DNA of 64,000 nucleotides, from positions 1 through 64,000 of the forward strand of contig NMRA01000757.1 of NCBI GenBank assembly GCA_002633005.1, in the 5' to 3' direction. Numbering within the stretch: the first letter of the stretch is position 1; each line of letters opens with the position of its first letter. The position numbers and the translations under genes were made by a program. The notes beneath the pieces are model-generated. The model did not search any database, was not told the origin of the DNA, and saw only the letters and a program-made list of their open reading frames with translations. The DNA is from Phoronis australis. Its lineage: Eukaryota; Animalia; Phoronida. Shown one piece after another: positions 51,001-64,000 of this stretch.

Positions 51001-54000
51001 ATGTCTGATCTGTGCCCTGTCTGACAATTGACCTCACCGTTCACTTTCATAATCATCTGCTGTCCTTCTGAATGGAAGGACAGATTAACAAACAAATCCA
51101 ACCATAGAACCTCAAGAGTCTGTTTGACTTTTGACTTCTTGGACATGTGAGGTCTCAGCGAAGAAAACCCATGAAGAAAATTGCTCTGTAAGTGGATGCA
51201 AACATTTTTCTTTATTTACAAAAATCAAGGAAATTTGGAAATTAAAGCAGAGTTCAGAAAAATTTAGTCAATAGTTTTTTAAAAACTGAAGCAAGTCTGA
51301 AAAACTAGGTAAATGAGGACGTTACTAACTGAGATGAATATGGCAAAATATGTAAAAAATAGTCTAAAAACAATTTTTGTCTTAAAATTCAGATTGTTTA
51401 CAGACACATTCTTTCTGTCAGGTTTAAGTATCTTTCCAAGTCTCATCAAGTATCCTTGAAACTGTAGCAAAAACCTTCAAAGAAACTAGACAAAGATTAA
51501 TCATTAAATCATTCAAAATTAGCCAAAAGCAGGTTTTTGACACGAACATTTGGCCATTTCATCACCTTTTACGCAACCATGGATCACAGTACAAGGCTCA
51601 AGTTGTATACTATACCTTCCACATGACTCCCCTGCATTCAGTGGACAGAGCCAGTGTTGTTAGCAGTGAGAAGGTAGACTTGAGTGTATTCAGTTTGGAC
51701 CTACAGGTGTCCTTCTTGGACAGAGTGATCAGGCAGTGGACCAGTGAGTTTGAGCTCAGTCTACCAGAGGGCGCATCAGTAGCGGACACAGCGCTGCTGG
51801 AGGCCAGGGAACTGGCAGCTTGAAGAAACCAAGAGCAACAAAAATTACGAACAAATACCTTTCTTTTTTAGAAATATGCATAATGTTAAATAGAAGTTTC
51901 TGATCTTAAAGAACAAGTAGCAATTAGTACATAACAAGGAAATTTCATTATATTTTAAAATTAACATAACTTAGATCTTGGAACAGTTCTCAGCCACACC
52001 AGTGAAAGCTTCAATAAGCAATTATAGTTAATTCTGATGAAATTTGTCCACGTCAAATATAAAACTGCGTTTATTATAATTACACGTTGTCCGAATGAGG
52101 GGGTTATGGCAAACTTTGCACACGCAGTTTCATTTCAACTGTGTTTAATAACAATCAGAATATGACAGCTTGACAAACCTTGGGCACAGTGGGCAGTGTA
52201 CGTTGCCAGTAACTCCAGGACAGTGGTCATCAGATGTGTGTCCAACTGGCACCATGACCACAACTTATGGACAACGTTGGCCAGACCAGCCTCACAGGCA
52301 ACAATCTGTTAAAGGGAAACACGAGGCAACTAAAGTAGTTTGAAGGAACGCTGTCTTGTTATTTAGAACTTGTGGTCTGTCTCATGAAAGTGATTTATTG
52401 GACTAAGACAGAAATACTGTCTAATACGCCTACCTTACAATTTGTGAACAAAGGTCTAGCCAAGTAATTATGAGAGCATCAAAGTCTAAAAATAATTTAT
52501 ATAAATTATGAGACTAGAAATTACGTGTATATTCTCAGACATTGTACTTCAGCTCAAGTGAGATTTCATTAATAATTTTTCGGAAATAATTATGTGGATC
52601 GTAAGACCAAACTTCGCACTAAGTCTTAAGTCCCTTCTCATGAAACAGAACCCCTAGGGCAGTGTTACCAAAATGCTGTGACACTTGCGCTATCATATCT
52701 CCGTTCACGAAACGGAAATCATGAATTTTCCTTCATACTTAAACATTCCAGTGGTCAGGTAAGCAAGCATTGTCCTGAGCTTAAAGGAGAATGCCACCCG
52801 ATTTAATTAGTCTTTTTTTCCGTCTTAATTGGTCTACATCCACATCGCCTCGCATACGGTCGACCCTACCTTGCCAAGAGGCGTCGCGTTAACCTGTGAG
52901 GAAGGTGAGAAACGACGCTAGTGAAATCAGTGGTTCATATACAGAGTGAATGCCGCTATGTTGCGGTGCATCGTTCCCGCTTGTCCGAACTAAGCAGCTG
53001 CGAGGAAAGCGGGTATATCGTTTTTTTACTTCCTCGAGAGTCCGAAATGCTTAGGAAGTGGCTCACGGTAGTGAAGACTGAAATGTATGCTGTAAATAGC
53101 AAGTATGAGGCCGTGAAACATCTCCATGTCTGTGGCCTGCAGACGTCTCGACAATGCCCGACGAATGCTGGCTTACTAAATAACTCCATACGTTCCGTTG
53201 TCTGAGCTTGTTCACGGTGCCTCTTTAGTATCTCTTCATCACTGTATTCCTGTTCGAATTGATAGCCTGTAAAACTTAACGACCCACCTGCGAAGTCGGG
53301 ACTGATGAGCTCTAGCTCGTCCTAAGTCGGGATTGCGAGTTGCCATCGTTGGCGTTTATTACTGAGCGTTCTGTTTCAAAATGAATTATTCTCACCCTAA
53401 CCAATTCTTATATAAAACTGAAACAAAGTCTATCTCATTAGATGCAATTTGTAATGCCTTTGGAGTGTTCGTGAGTGCAAGTGATTTGAGAAGCCAGCAA
53501 TGAATAAACCACTTTAGGTGCAATAAAACTAATTGACGGGACACCTAGGCCGTGTGAGCTCATAAGCTAATTTAGTGTTTGCTGGCAGAAACTGTTGTGA
53601 AACAACTCGATTTCCATCCCACGGCCAGGTGTTGGGGGAATCTTTATTTACATTTACATTACTCAAATAATGATTGTCAATGTACAACTTCTGCCCTGAC
53701 TGTCGGTGCTGTGGCCAAAGCGGAACCTGAATTCGTGGCCCCCTACGAGTAAGTAGATTTGCAGTTTCGTGGCTAATTCACCAACATAATCAGGTGCACA
53801 TTACTTTGGCTCACTAGTATAGTATTTTCTTGACTGGAAGTTTAGTTTCCACTGAACTTTGGCTGGTTTATGTTTGTGATGTCTGATCAGTTTCCGAGCC
53901 ACTGGCAGGGATAACGAGTCAATCCGGCCGGCCGCGACGGGCCTGATCCGGTTCCGAGCCACTGGCCAGGATAACAAGCGTTCTGTGTTTAGAACTCCAA

Positions 54001-57000
54001 AAATCACAAGTCTAAACAACACAGATCTAGGTTCTCCTGTCTGTATCTCACGGAAAATACTTCGAAATTATCTCTGAACAGACCTCAAACTCCTGCTACG
54101 GACCATATTGGCCTGCCGAACCGTTGTAGGCTATGGTGTAACAGGGTGCTGTATTTTTAAGGGTTTTACATCGAAGTTTGATGATTTATTGGTGTTAAAC
54201 GATGACTTCAAGTGATAAGCTGACACCAGTAACCCGTGTTCTGAACTGCTGAACAGACTGCGTGTGAAACCTTTGACGTCATTGGATAATTTCAACACCT
54301 CCGTCTGCCGTCAGGTGTCAGGTAACGCAACCGTATGTGTCCTTATGGAGAAGAAATACTCGATCTAAATTGATACAAATTAGGTTGTTTTTTGGGTGGC
54401 ATGCTCCTTTAAACCTTTCATTTGTCATCTTCCGTCCAGTTAACACGCCTCAGATATGTCAAAAAAATGATCAAGAATTATTTACGTTACGTAAAAATAT
54501 GAAATTCTGGGCACTGGCGAGTAAAATAGGGGTGAAAAAGCCAAAGGTTGTGGCCAATCTAGATTGCTTTACATTAATCTGTCATTTTGAAGATCACACA
54601 CTTCCCAGTCCTGTGGGAACTTTGGGTGCAAGATTTTCTCAACCAAATGTTCGTTCTGAACACCAATTGGACGTAAATCAAGACTTGATCATAAAAAATG
54701 AAACCTAGTTGAATGTTTACACGAGACTTTCAAAATCGTTCACAAGAGGTCGCCCCAGTTGCTTCATGATCTTATCGCAGTAAGACAAAATACAAATAAG
54801 ACAGTCATACCAAGACATAATTCTATACATTTTGGCAGCCGATCTTTTAAATACTATGCTGCTGTCATGTGAAATCGTCTTAGTGAGGAAATACTGTCAT
54901 GCACTGACATATCAGAGATTAAATATTTCCTCTCAACTCGGGATGGTCCAGCTTGTAGATTTGTCGGTTGTAGAGTGTAAGATTGTTCTACCTTTTTTTT
55001 GTTCTGTTACTGCATCAGGTTTTTAATTTTAATTTTAAAATCTTAGATCTAAATTTTGTAATTTGTTAATCTAAATAGTGTTGGTTGTCAATTCTCTTAA
55101 AAACAAATCTGTATCTGTAGTGGTTTAGTCTTAACTGCAGCCAGCCTCAAGTATCACTTACCTTTGCCTCCTGACTTTGAAACAGCAGGTTCCTCATTAG
55201 ATCCAATAGTTGACACAGCTCAATGATCATTGGGTTGTCCTGGATGATAAGGCATTACAATGAATAACAATGGCATTCACACACATGCACATTAGTCAGG
55301 TTTTCTTGATAGTGGACAACACATAGCTATATACACAGTAAATGTGCACTCGGATCCAACTAAACCAGCAGATTTGATTCAAATACGGCTAAATCTAACT
55401 TGAGCTTGAACAAAGCTTCATCCAGGTCAAGCAAAGATTTGATTAAAATAATTAAAGTTCTACTGTGCTACAACGCGTCCCCTGACACAATAACCTTTAT
55501 GTATTAGGTCAGTCGTTAATCACCCTTGCTCAATGTTTCATAACATGCAACTAGAACTGTACCTTTTTGTTACTCTGAACTGGACCAATCTGCAGACAGT
55601 TCAAGTTGAGTTCAACATGAACATTACGGATCTCCTCCATGACAGACTCCACAAAGCCAGCTGAAGGAAAACAAGCAAAGATTTGATTAATCACCCTTGC
55701 TCAATGTTTCTCCTCCATGACAGACTCCACAAAGCCAGCTGAAGGAAAACAACAGGACTAAAATGAAATGAGCCTCGTAGTAAAATATAAAATAAAACTC
55801 TGGTATTTTTTATTTTTCATATCTTACAATTACTGTGCTTGTCCATCCGAGATTATCTATGAAACATACATTACAAATTATCAAAATATTACTAACTGAG
55901 TAATACGATAACATGTCCTACACACGGCAATTTAAATTGGGAGGGGCATGGTCAACCACTACGCCACACTACCTTCACAAGTTAGATAAAAGTACAAAAT
56001 AAAATAAACTGATTTGTGAGAGATAGAGCCATTGATCCAAACTTGGCATTAACTATTTACATGGAGAACTGCACAAGCCTGTTTATCACCAATACATCAG
56101 ACTAAAACTAAGCAAATATCGATTGTCAAAATATCCAAGCCAAATTACAATATCTCATTCCTCTACTCTATCTGCACATGCACGAATTAAGACCCAAATA
56201 AATAAAAGGCATGCAACTGTCCTGTAGAATGAACACCTTGCGAGCGAGTAGTAGACACCTGTGCGTAACTCACCATCTACTGCAGCCTGAGTGGCTGACC
56301 TACTGGTCACTAACAGCCCTTTGAGAGCATGCAACACCAGTGATCTGTCCACATCTGAAGTCACCTCAGCTGGCTTGTTGACAACACACTCAAACAGCTG
56401 AATCAGAGCATGACATAGCTGTACACCACGTGCAGGGGTGAAGAGGTCACTGGCCTCCTCATTGGCTGAAATGGAAAGCACTGGATATGCTAATACTCAA
56501 GTTTGCAAATATGCTGACAGAATTTGGTCAAAATTTCCGTTGCAACAAAACCCCAGTAGCGGACCAAATGCAAAATCTTCAGCAAATTAATAAATTTTTG
56601 CCCCAAAACTTCATTGCTTATTGATGAGATGGGACAACTACCTTTTTTGGAAAATCAATTAGTCGTCATTTTGAAAACAAGCAGCACAAGTCCCTGTCAC
56701 AAATCAAGCAGTACACGTCCCTGCCACAAATCTTTCACTTCAAATAGTTACCATAAAGCCCCTCGAGTAAATCCCCTCAACCTGCCCAAACAGTCCTTTA
56801 CCATCCCTTAACGTCCGCAATGTCACAAATTAATGAGGCATATTATAAACAAACTACCACTCTCAGCAAAATCACAAAGTGCACACATTGTGGAAAACGT
56901 AAAACCAGACAATCAGTTTCCACACAGTAATGATGGTCTTACTTATCCCACATTTGACACTAACACTCTCAACGTACCTGGCAGGTAAGCATGGTCCAGG

Positions 57001-60000
57001 TGTGTAGACAGGTGTGACTTGTTCCCTGAAGTGTGTGTTAGTCTTGCTTCCTCAAGCAATAGCAGACCCAGGAAGTGTAGAGCTGTGTTGGTAAGGGGGG
57101 TGTGTACGGAGGGCTGAAGGAACGATACAAGACAATCTGGAAGGAAGGGAAAGCAAAGAAATTGGCGCATTTGTTACATGGATTTACAAAGTTAGAGAAC
57201 AGAGCAATTTCTCGCTGATAGTAGAAGCAAGAAAACTGTGAAAGGACTATTTGAACCATGATATACTGACATATGTTGCAGTATTTTCACTCTACAAGAC
57301 TTCTAAAGTGGCGTTGAAAATAAATCACATTTTGCTTACTAAGATCTCATTGTTGACATAATCCGAATAGGACTTTAAGTAAACAAGGAACAAACATAAA
57401 CAAGGTAAGTTTTTACATTTAGCCTCAAAATTACGTACCATAAATTGTAGAGAAATTAGAACATTCCGCTCAGTGTATCAAGTCCTGCATCCGAAAGTTG
57501 TGGCAGGCTACATTACAAGTTTGCAATGGTTGTGTTTAAGTTTCAGTTTAACGTTTGATTTACGGCAGTGATAAGCTGTCTGCTGTCTATGTACGGCAGT
57601 GATAAGCTGTCTGCTGTCTATGTACGGCAGTGATAAGCTGTCTGCTGTCTATGAGTCAAATGTAATGAGCATTCGCTTATTTCAACTGTTGCATTTTTCT
57701 CATTTAAATTTCAAAGTTAATAATAAAATACCTCATGTCGACCACAACGGTATGGTTCAGTCAAAATCGACTCACATTTTGACAAAGATACGCCTGCATT
57801 TTTCAACAAGAGCAACGCAGAGCGTTGAAATGCGCCCACAATTGCACCGTATACGGTATCCTTCTAGGGTTGTTTATTGGTACCATAAAGTGGCCAGTAG
57901 AGGGCATATATGTAGTATGTTGTACTTTGCAAAATGGAAAGGCATGGTACTTGTCTCCTCAATAGGCTAGGGGCAAAATGTGAGTAATCTTCATAATACA
58001 AGCACATCCTATACACCAGTTGCTTAAAGCACCACAGAAACATAGAATTAAAAACAAATTTACCAACATACGAGATTAGCACAGCATTAGAATGCCAGAA
58101 ACAAATTTCTACTTGGAACTTATCCTTCATAGTCACGAAGTAACACAAAGTACACACCTGAAGAAAATACAGAGGTCAATGTAAAATACTAAAATTGCCA
58201 CTAGAGGCAAATACTAAAATTGCCACTAGAGGAATACCGGTAGTCAGAATCATCCTAAAGTCGTCATCGTCCGTTGTCAACATCACATAAATACACTTGC
58301 TAAATTTAGTAAAGATCCTGCAAACGGTTTGGGAGATACAGCCATGGGCGCAAAAAAAACAAAACTACCAGTAGGAGGCGCCACAGTAGTCCAAATCATC
58401 TGAAAATCATTGTCAGCTGTCTTCCAATTTTCACAATCATCCTTTGAGCGGTTTGGTTGATAGAGGGGTGGACGCAAAAATACAGACTCGAAAACAGTAA
58501 AAATGGCCACTAGGTGGCGCAAACTATGTCGAATCCATCTGAAAACAGGAGGATAGCGTCATCTCACTAATAGGTGCCTACACACTAAATTTCATGAAAA
58601 TCCGTTCAGGACTTTTGAAGATACAAAGGTAAGCGTAAAAAACTAAAATTGCCACTAGGGGGCACACCGGTAGTCGGATCCGTCCGAAAGTTCGCACATG
58701 CCGTCCCATTCATGAATGGAACATATGTGCCAAATTTCATGAACGTATGTCAAAGGGTTTTGGAGATAGAGCAGCGGACGCCGGACAGACGCCGCCCGGA
58801 CGGACGGACGGAGATGACGGCATAATGCGTCCACATACAAATATGTGGGCGCATAAAAATTGTTCCATTGAAAGAACAGCACTGTCTGTGGCCTGGCATA
58901 CAAATGGTGTCATCACCCTGGATAGAGTTACCAATTGGGCACTAGTATCCTAATTGACCAACCCTTGTGGAGTGAGTTCGGTCCCTGAGTGAAATGAATT
59001 ACCTGGTTCGGCTGACCATTTCTTTACAATAGCTGTGGACAACTCCCTCAAAGCTTGCTGACCACTCAGTTTGATTAGTTGGGTAAGAAGCTGCAGCACA
59101 GCCATCCACATTGACCTACATCTGACTTGGATGTCCTGATTGGCTACAGAGTACAGATAGAGAGAAAAGATTGACAAGTGAGGCTCCGCCCTCAACACAG
59201 TGAACTACTGGCTGAGAATCCACTTCAAGTTCATGACTCAAGATAAGTTCTCTAATAACAAAGGCCTTCTCCTATGGATTTTCATCATTCTACTAGTATC
59301 CAGACAGCTCTAGCAATGCTTTGGCATTACAAGAAAATACGATTTAAGCACTCAGTCTCAGGCACATCAAAACATAATTATGTGAATTAGCCTTTTCATG
59401 CTACCGTATATTGCGTCACCATGACAAAACTACAAATAAAAATGGCCGATAGACGAAATTTTGAGTTTTCTTCTGTATCTGCTTTAGGGGTACATATCTG
59501 CCTCAGTACCAGAGGATATTCAATAAAGAAAAAATGTGAGGAACTGTTGATAGGAGTTATTTGAAATAACCGAGAATTTTTGCGGTGATGAAAGTCAAGT
59601 AATAAGCCTAATCTACTCATTGCATTTGGCACTTACTGACTTCACTTCAACAGAGTAAGACGACTATTCACAAAATTTGACAACTCTTTGAAAACTAATG
59701 TAGAGACTCTTAATTTCTGTCACAAGGAAAAACGAATGAAATTCAAAGCTTCTGACTGCTTTCATGGAATTTAGGATTATTTCACTAGAAGAAACTATAA
59801 TTGTAATATTTGTGGTTTTTATTAGAAAAATTAGCATAAACATTCAGATTGACCTAAATTTAGAACAGGCTTAGGAGAAAGGTGTTGCCTTCCTTTGCCT
59901 TCATGAAAATTGATCGTTATCACGTGTAACTGAACTGAAACGTATGCTTGATGAGATGAAATACACATTTTTGATGTTCAGAGGAGACTTGCTCTGTTAC

Positions 60001-63000
60001 ATAAGATAATGTGTTATTGCTGGCTAACAAAGTGAATGGTAGTTACAACTGATTCTGAATGTGAGTCGAGACACACTCCTACATCTTATGTAACATTCTA
60101 TGTTTTACACGCTGGTTATTATTTTAAAAGGCAACAGAAATCTCCGCAATAGTTTCTATTTTGAAAGACGACAATTAATTCAAACCATTTATTATTACCT
60201 GAGTAGTCAACAGTAAGTAAGGAGAGAAGACATCTGCAGACATCTGTGTTGTGCAATATATCTGTGCGAGTATGACTGTCAGCCGACGCCCACACGCAGA
60301 GCAAGTGAAGGATGTGTTCATGCATGTCAATCAAATGATGAAAGGCGTTTAGTAGGCGGGTCTTTGTCTGTTGGCATGACGATAGCTCAGTAATGTAGCC
60401 TTGAAGCACCTCACTGCTCAATAAACTGCAAGCAGGGAAGTGGCTTGTTGCAATATTCTTGACTAACAAGTAATAAGGTTGACAGTTGTATAAATTTTTA
60501 CTAAACGATTGTGTTTTGTCCAAATGTGACAGTGAAATATGTTGCAAAAAAAGTGACCAGCAATGACTGTGTACTCTATACTGGTCAAAATTTAAGATAA
60601 AGCCATAGACAACAGCCAGGTCATGGTAGTAATTGTAGACTAGTAACTAGAGTGAACAAGTTTGATAAAGAAACTAACCACAGAAACAGTCAGCTAGTTT
60701 AACTCATTGACAGACCAATTTATGCCTTTCTTCGGTCAAAATTGTTTAATTGTGTTTAAAAACACAGTGACAGTGTCTTTTCAGATACGTTAAAAGTAGT
60801 TTGATATACATGACAAAGTAAAGATAGAAGTGGTATAATAGTAATTTTTATTTTAAACAAAAACAAATTACCTGAAAATGTACTGCAACAACTCGTGCTG
60901 CCTTAAATGTGTCACGGTGTCCTCTGGGGCCAGTTTTACAAGGTTACGCATCAGTTGACATAGTGCGGAGATGAGGCCGGGCGAACTCACTGTCTGATAT
61001 TGGGGCTCTACTGAATGACTGATGTCACTATTGACATCACCTACAGTGAGATATGTAATGTATGGTAATGAACAAAGACACAGTACTCTAGATGAGGGAT
61101 GGGGAGCTCACTGTCCGACTCAAACAGCAATTTGATCGCGGCCGATGACAAGGCAAATGTTTGGAGACCAAAGACAAGCAAATTGAAGATTGGAGAATTT
61201 TTCGGATCGTTCAACTGCACAAAACTATTTGCAAAATAGTGATGAAATGTTAACAATAATTACAACACTTTTGAAAAACATTCGCAAAGCCTTGATTAAC
61301 AATAACAAATAATTAAAACTCATGATATACTATAAACTATTAAAATTTAAAACCATGATTTACTGATAATTAGTTTTTGTGGAAGTAATAACAGAACAAA
61401 TTCACGTAATATAGAAACATTTTAATTTGCATTAGAATGAATAATTATTAGCGGTACGTAACTATATGTATATTATCAACAAGATATCAAAAATGAGTCA
61501 AAATATTTAAAAAATCAATTGAATGATTTAAAATTCATCATGAAGTCTTGCTCAGTGACTAGTGATAATATTGACGACATCAGAACAACTCCCGTGTCTT
61601 CACACACATTGAATGTGAGTAGCCCACCCTGAACAGAGATTGTGGCCACAATCTTCCCGGCACCATCTACAGTCAACTGGTTGTCATGATGGTACATCAG
61701 TCATCACTGAAGAAGTACCAGTAATAGGTTTGAAAGTTTTGATTTTTACACTAACTTTTTGGTAACTATCGTTATTAAATCATATAATTATTTTAATTCA
61801 CCTTGTACAGAGGTAGGTGAGTTTGTCCCTGTTGTCACGGTAGTGGGGGTCAGTTGTGGGCTGGACTGTGGTTGCCGTTGGATACTGTGGCGTGTTTCAC
61901 CCAGGGTCTCTGGACGAACACCAGATGGCACTGTGGTTGGCTTTAAAATAAATTTAGCAAACTGTGCAATTGAACTCAAAAATGCAAATGCACCAAGCAG
62001 CACAATCTACGACAACTAACAATTGTTCATTGTTCATATTGAACAGAGGGTTGATCATCTTATTTGGTCAATTGCAGGACAGTTTATGTTGGGTCAACTG
62101 CGTTATTTCCCTTTTGTTGTATGCACAGTACATTAAAACCACGGCAACAGTAATGTACAGTAAAATATATCCCTAAGATGACCTGGAATTTACTTTTTAC
62201 TAATTAAGGATGTCAAAAAAATTATTGGACTATATGTACTAAGCGCACGTAAATCCACTGCACAATAGAATGACTGGGTCAAGGTCTTGGTCCCAATAAA
62301 GCACTACATCAGTGAAAACTCGCATAAATTTCGAAAGTCATACTCACCCTAGTTTGATGTGGCGGAGAGTTGTCGTGGGTAACATTAATTTGACCGTGAG
62401 TTGGACTGGGGTTTTCTGAATTGAAAACATTCGTATATGAATCCTTGGATTTTTTAATGAAAACATGACAGTATAATAATATGTACAACCAGCGATATAG
62501 GCTTAAATGGTCAACAGGATGATGATGAAAGCTTTTTAATAAAAATAATATATAAATATATACAAGCATTTCAGTCAGTGCCGACAGAAAGAATATTATA
62601 ATAAAAAATGGATGACAGGAAATACACTTTCATATTCTCTCAACTTCCAACGATGCTCCATGAGTATTAAATCAGCAAGCACACGATATGGCCGACAAGT
62701 GAAATTTCACTTCATCAAATTTCTTCACAAAAACAAAGACTAAAATTAGAAATTTGAAAATGGCACATGTACGCATTGCCTGCCACTTGAATTGGCAATT
62801 GAAATAGAATCTTATCACGGTAAGGAATCTCATGAGACCAATTTTATGGCAGTAGAAATCCAAATTCAATTTTTGCCATTTAGCAACTTACACACTCAGT
62901 TAGAAACTGGGGCAGCTTTAAGATTTTGCCAAAATGATGAGTAATAACCCATCGCCGACTACAAGAGGACTGGCCAAGAAGGACAAGTGGAATTTGCTCG

Positions 63001-63213
63001 ATTACTGTTGGCATATTTTGTAGTAAGTAACTCACCTGATGTGGTCAGAGTGTTTTCAGACACAACCGGAGTGACTACAGGTGATAATGTGGCCACATTG
63101 ATGGTGTGTATGGCTGGTTGTGGGCAGTAGTTGGACAGTACAGTAACCACTTCTGGATAGAAGTTTGTGTGTTCAAGAAGAACCAGCAAGGCCACTAGTC
63201 CGGTCAGTTGAAC
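48054..63213 (-). CDS. RTTN: Rotatin, C-terminal ~764 aa in 16 exons: 63213-63036, 62415-62348, 61940-61802, 61040-60872, 60425-60199, 59143-59003, 57136-56978, 56465-56274, 55660-55563, 55239-55162, 52305-52179, 51818-51616, 51185-51038, 49722-49600, 49003-48900, 48194-48054; 5' exons lie beyond the window
   Basis: All junctions are GT-AG and phase-compatible (2295 bp). ARM-like helical blocks match the rotatin C-terminus as I recall it: LISALCQLMRNLVKLAPEDT, LLDLMRNLLFQSQEAK, VVHKLWSWCQLD, SNSLVHCLI, LALSTECRGVMWKSNFL, LWLDLFVNLSFHSEGQQMI, LVILHNLCHNATNK, ALWALLHNSQK. The 68-bp exon 62415-62348 is less certain. Confidence 0.92.
48238..48574. repeat. Minisatellite, 34-bp unit x ~10, in the last RTTN intron
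   Basis: ATTATGCGCCCAGTGTGTGCATCACAGATAAAAG repeated; ends ~43 bp from the terminal-exon acceptor. Confidence 0.95.
49278..49643. repeat. 86-bp tandem repeat x ~4.2 spanning an RTTN exon/intron junction
   Basis: TGTGACACAGG recurs at 49289, 49375, 49461, 49547 and 49633; the unit includes 44 nt of exon and the GTAAGT donor. Confidence 0.97.
52785..54408. mobile_element. Internally deleted Kolobok-type transposon with THAP (+) and KolX-like (-) remnants, in an RTTN intron
   Basis: TTAA|AGGAGAATGCCACCC...GGGTGGCATGCTCCT|TTAA (14/15 TIR match, TTAA TSD). + strand: CIVPACPN then, frameshifted, VFLLPRESEMLRKWLTVVK...LHVCGL (THAP-like). - strand: GYQFEQEYSDEE...VGHC. Confidence 0.8.
57561..57653. 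repeat. Tandem repeat, ~32-bp unit x3
   Basis: TACGGCAGTGATAAGCTGTCTGCTGTCTATG three times. Confidence 0.95.
58184..58860 (+). mobile_element. Helentron-associated (HINE/DINE-1-like) non-autonomous element
   Basis: Four diverged ~140-bp internal repeats, then a (GGAC)n microsatellite, then a 13-bp subterminal stem-loop ATGCGTCCACATA-CAAA-TATGTGGGCGCAT (58825-58854) and an A/T run. The 5' boundary is approximate. Confidence 0.65.
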
Positions 63214-63597
63214 CTAGAAAGTACAGAAATGCCAACTTGTGGTACTTATAGCAGTGGAATACTGAAATACACTGTTGCTAAAGGGTTATGGAGTAATTGC
63301 TGGAAAAAACCGTTAAGCACCATGAGTTATAATTGTAGACTGAGATTAAAGAAGTGTAGATTTTAGCATCAGTTATTAATTCTTAGATCATCAAGCAGAA
63401 AAATTGCCATGTAATGGGATGATCAAATGATTCGCAAAATGGTCAAAAACGCAATCACAAAACATCGCTGGATGAAAGAAAATTTTTTTTTCATACTTTC
63501 AATTCATTTATCAATGGTAAAACAAGAATAACCATTAGATGACACCCAATCAGTGCATTGCCTCAACAAATTCACCCCCATATTTACTCCTTTTCCC

Positions 63598-64000
63598 ACT
63601 CTCAGACTAACAGGCAACAAACAGACAATGTGTCCAACTCTCAGACTAACACAGGCAACAAACAGACAATGTGTCCAACTCTCAGACTAACACAGGCAAC
63701 AAACAGACAATGTGTCCAACTGTCAGACAAACACAGACAACAAACAGACAGTGTGTCCAACTCTCAGACTAACACAGGCAACCAACAGGCAATGTGTGCA
63801 ACTCTCATACTAACACAGACAACAAACAGACAATGTGTCCAACTCTCAGACTAACACAGACAACAAACAGACAATGTGTCCAACTCTCAGACTAACACAG
63901 GCAACCAACAGGCAATGTGTGCAACTCTCATACTAACACAGACAACAAACAGACAATGTGTCCAACTCTCAGACTAACACAGACAACAAACAGACAACGT
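63598..64000. repeat. Minisatellite, 41-bp unit x ~10, continuing off the window edge
   Basis: AACTCTCAGACTAACACAG(G/A)CAACAAACAGACAATGTGTCC repeated. Confidence 0.95.

Noticed and set aside
53303-53325. CTGATGAG plus short stem, like a hammerhead ribozyme core
   Set aside because: The required GAAA after stem II is absent, and it lies within the KolX-like coding remnant.

Overview
AT-rich, intron-rich eukaryotic (metazoan, probably invertebrate) DNA; the ORF track is mostly noise because the genes are spliced. Four genes were rebuilt by hand from GT-AG junctions with consistent phases: (1) the last three exons of MMAB (+); (2) a complete 4-exon SBSPON-like gene (-, 286 aa); (3) a probably complete 5-exon secreted group III (bee-venom-type) phospholipase A2-like gene (+, 266 aa) lacking the catalytic and Ca2+-binding residues; (4) the 16 C-terminal exons of rotatin RTTN (-). 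Introns hold two deleted Kolobok-type transposons, several MITEs, a Helentron/HINE-like element with CTCF-like motifs, a probable L1 5' end and many minisatellites, some of which duplicate splice sites. The best lead is the cationic PLA2 pseudoenzyme. All homology calls rest on remembered family motifs, not database searches.
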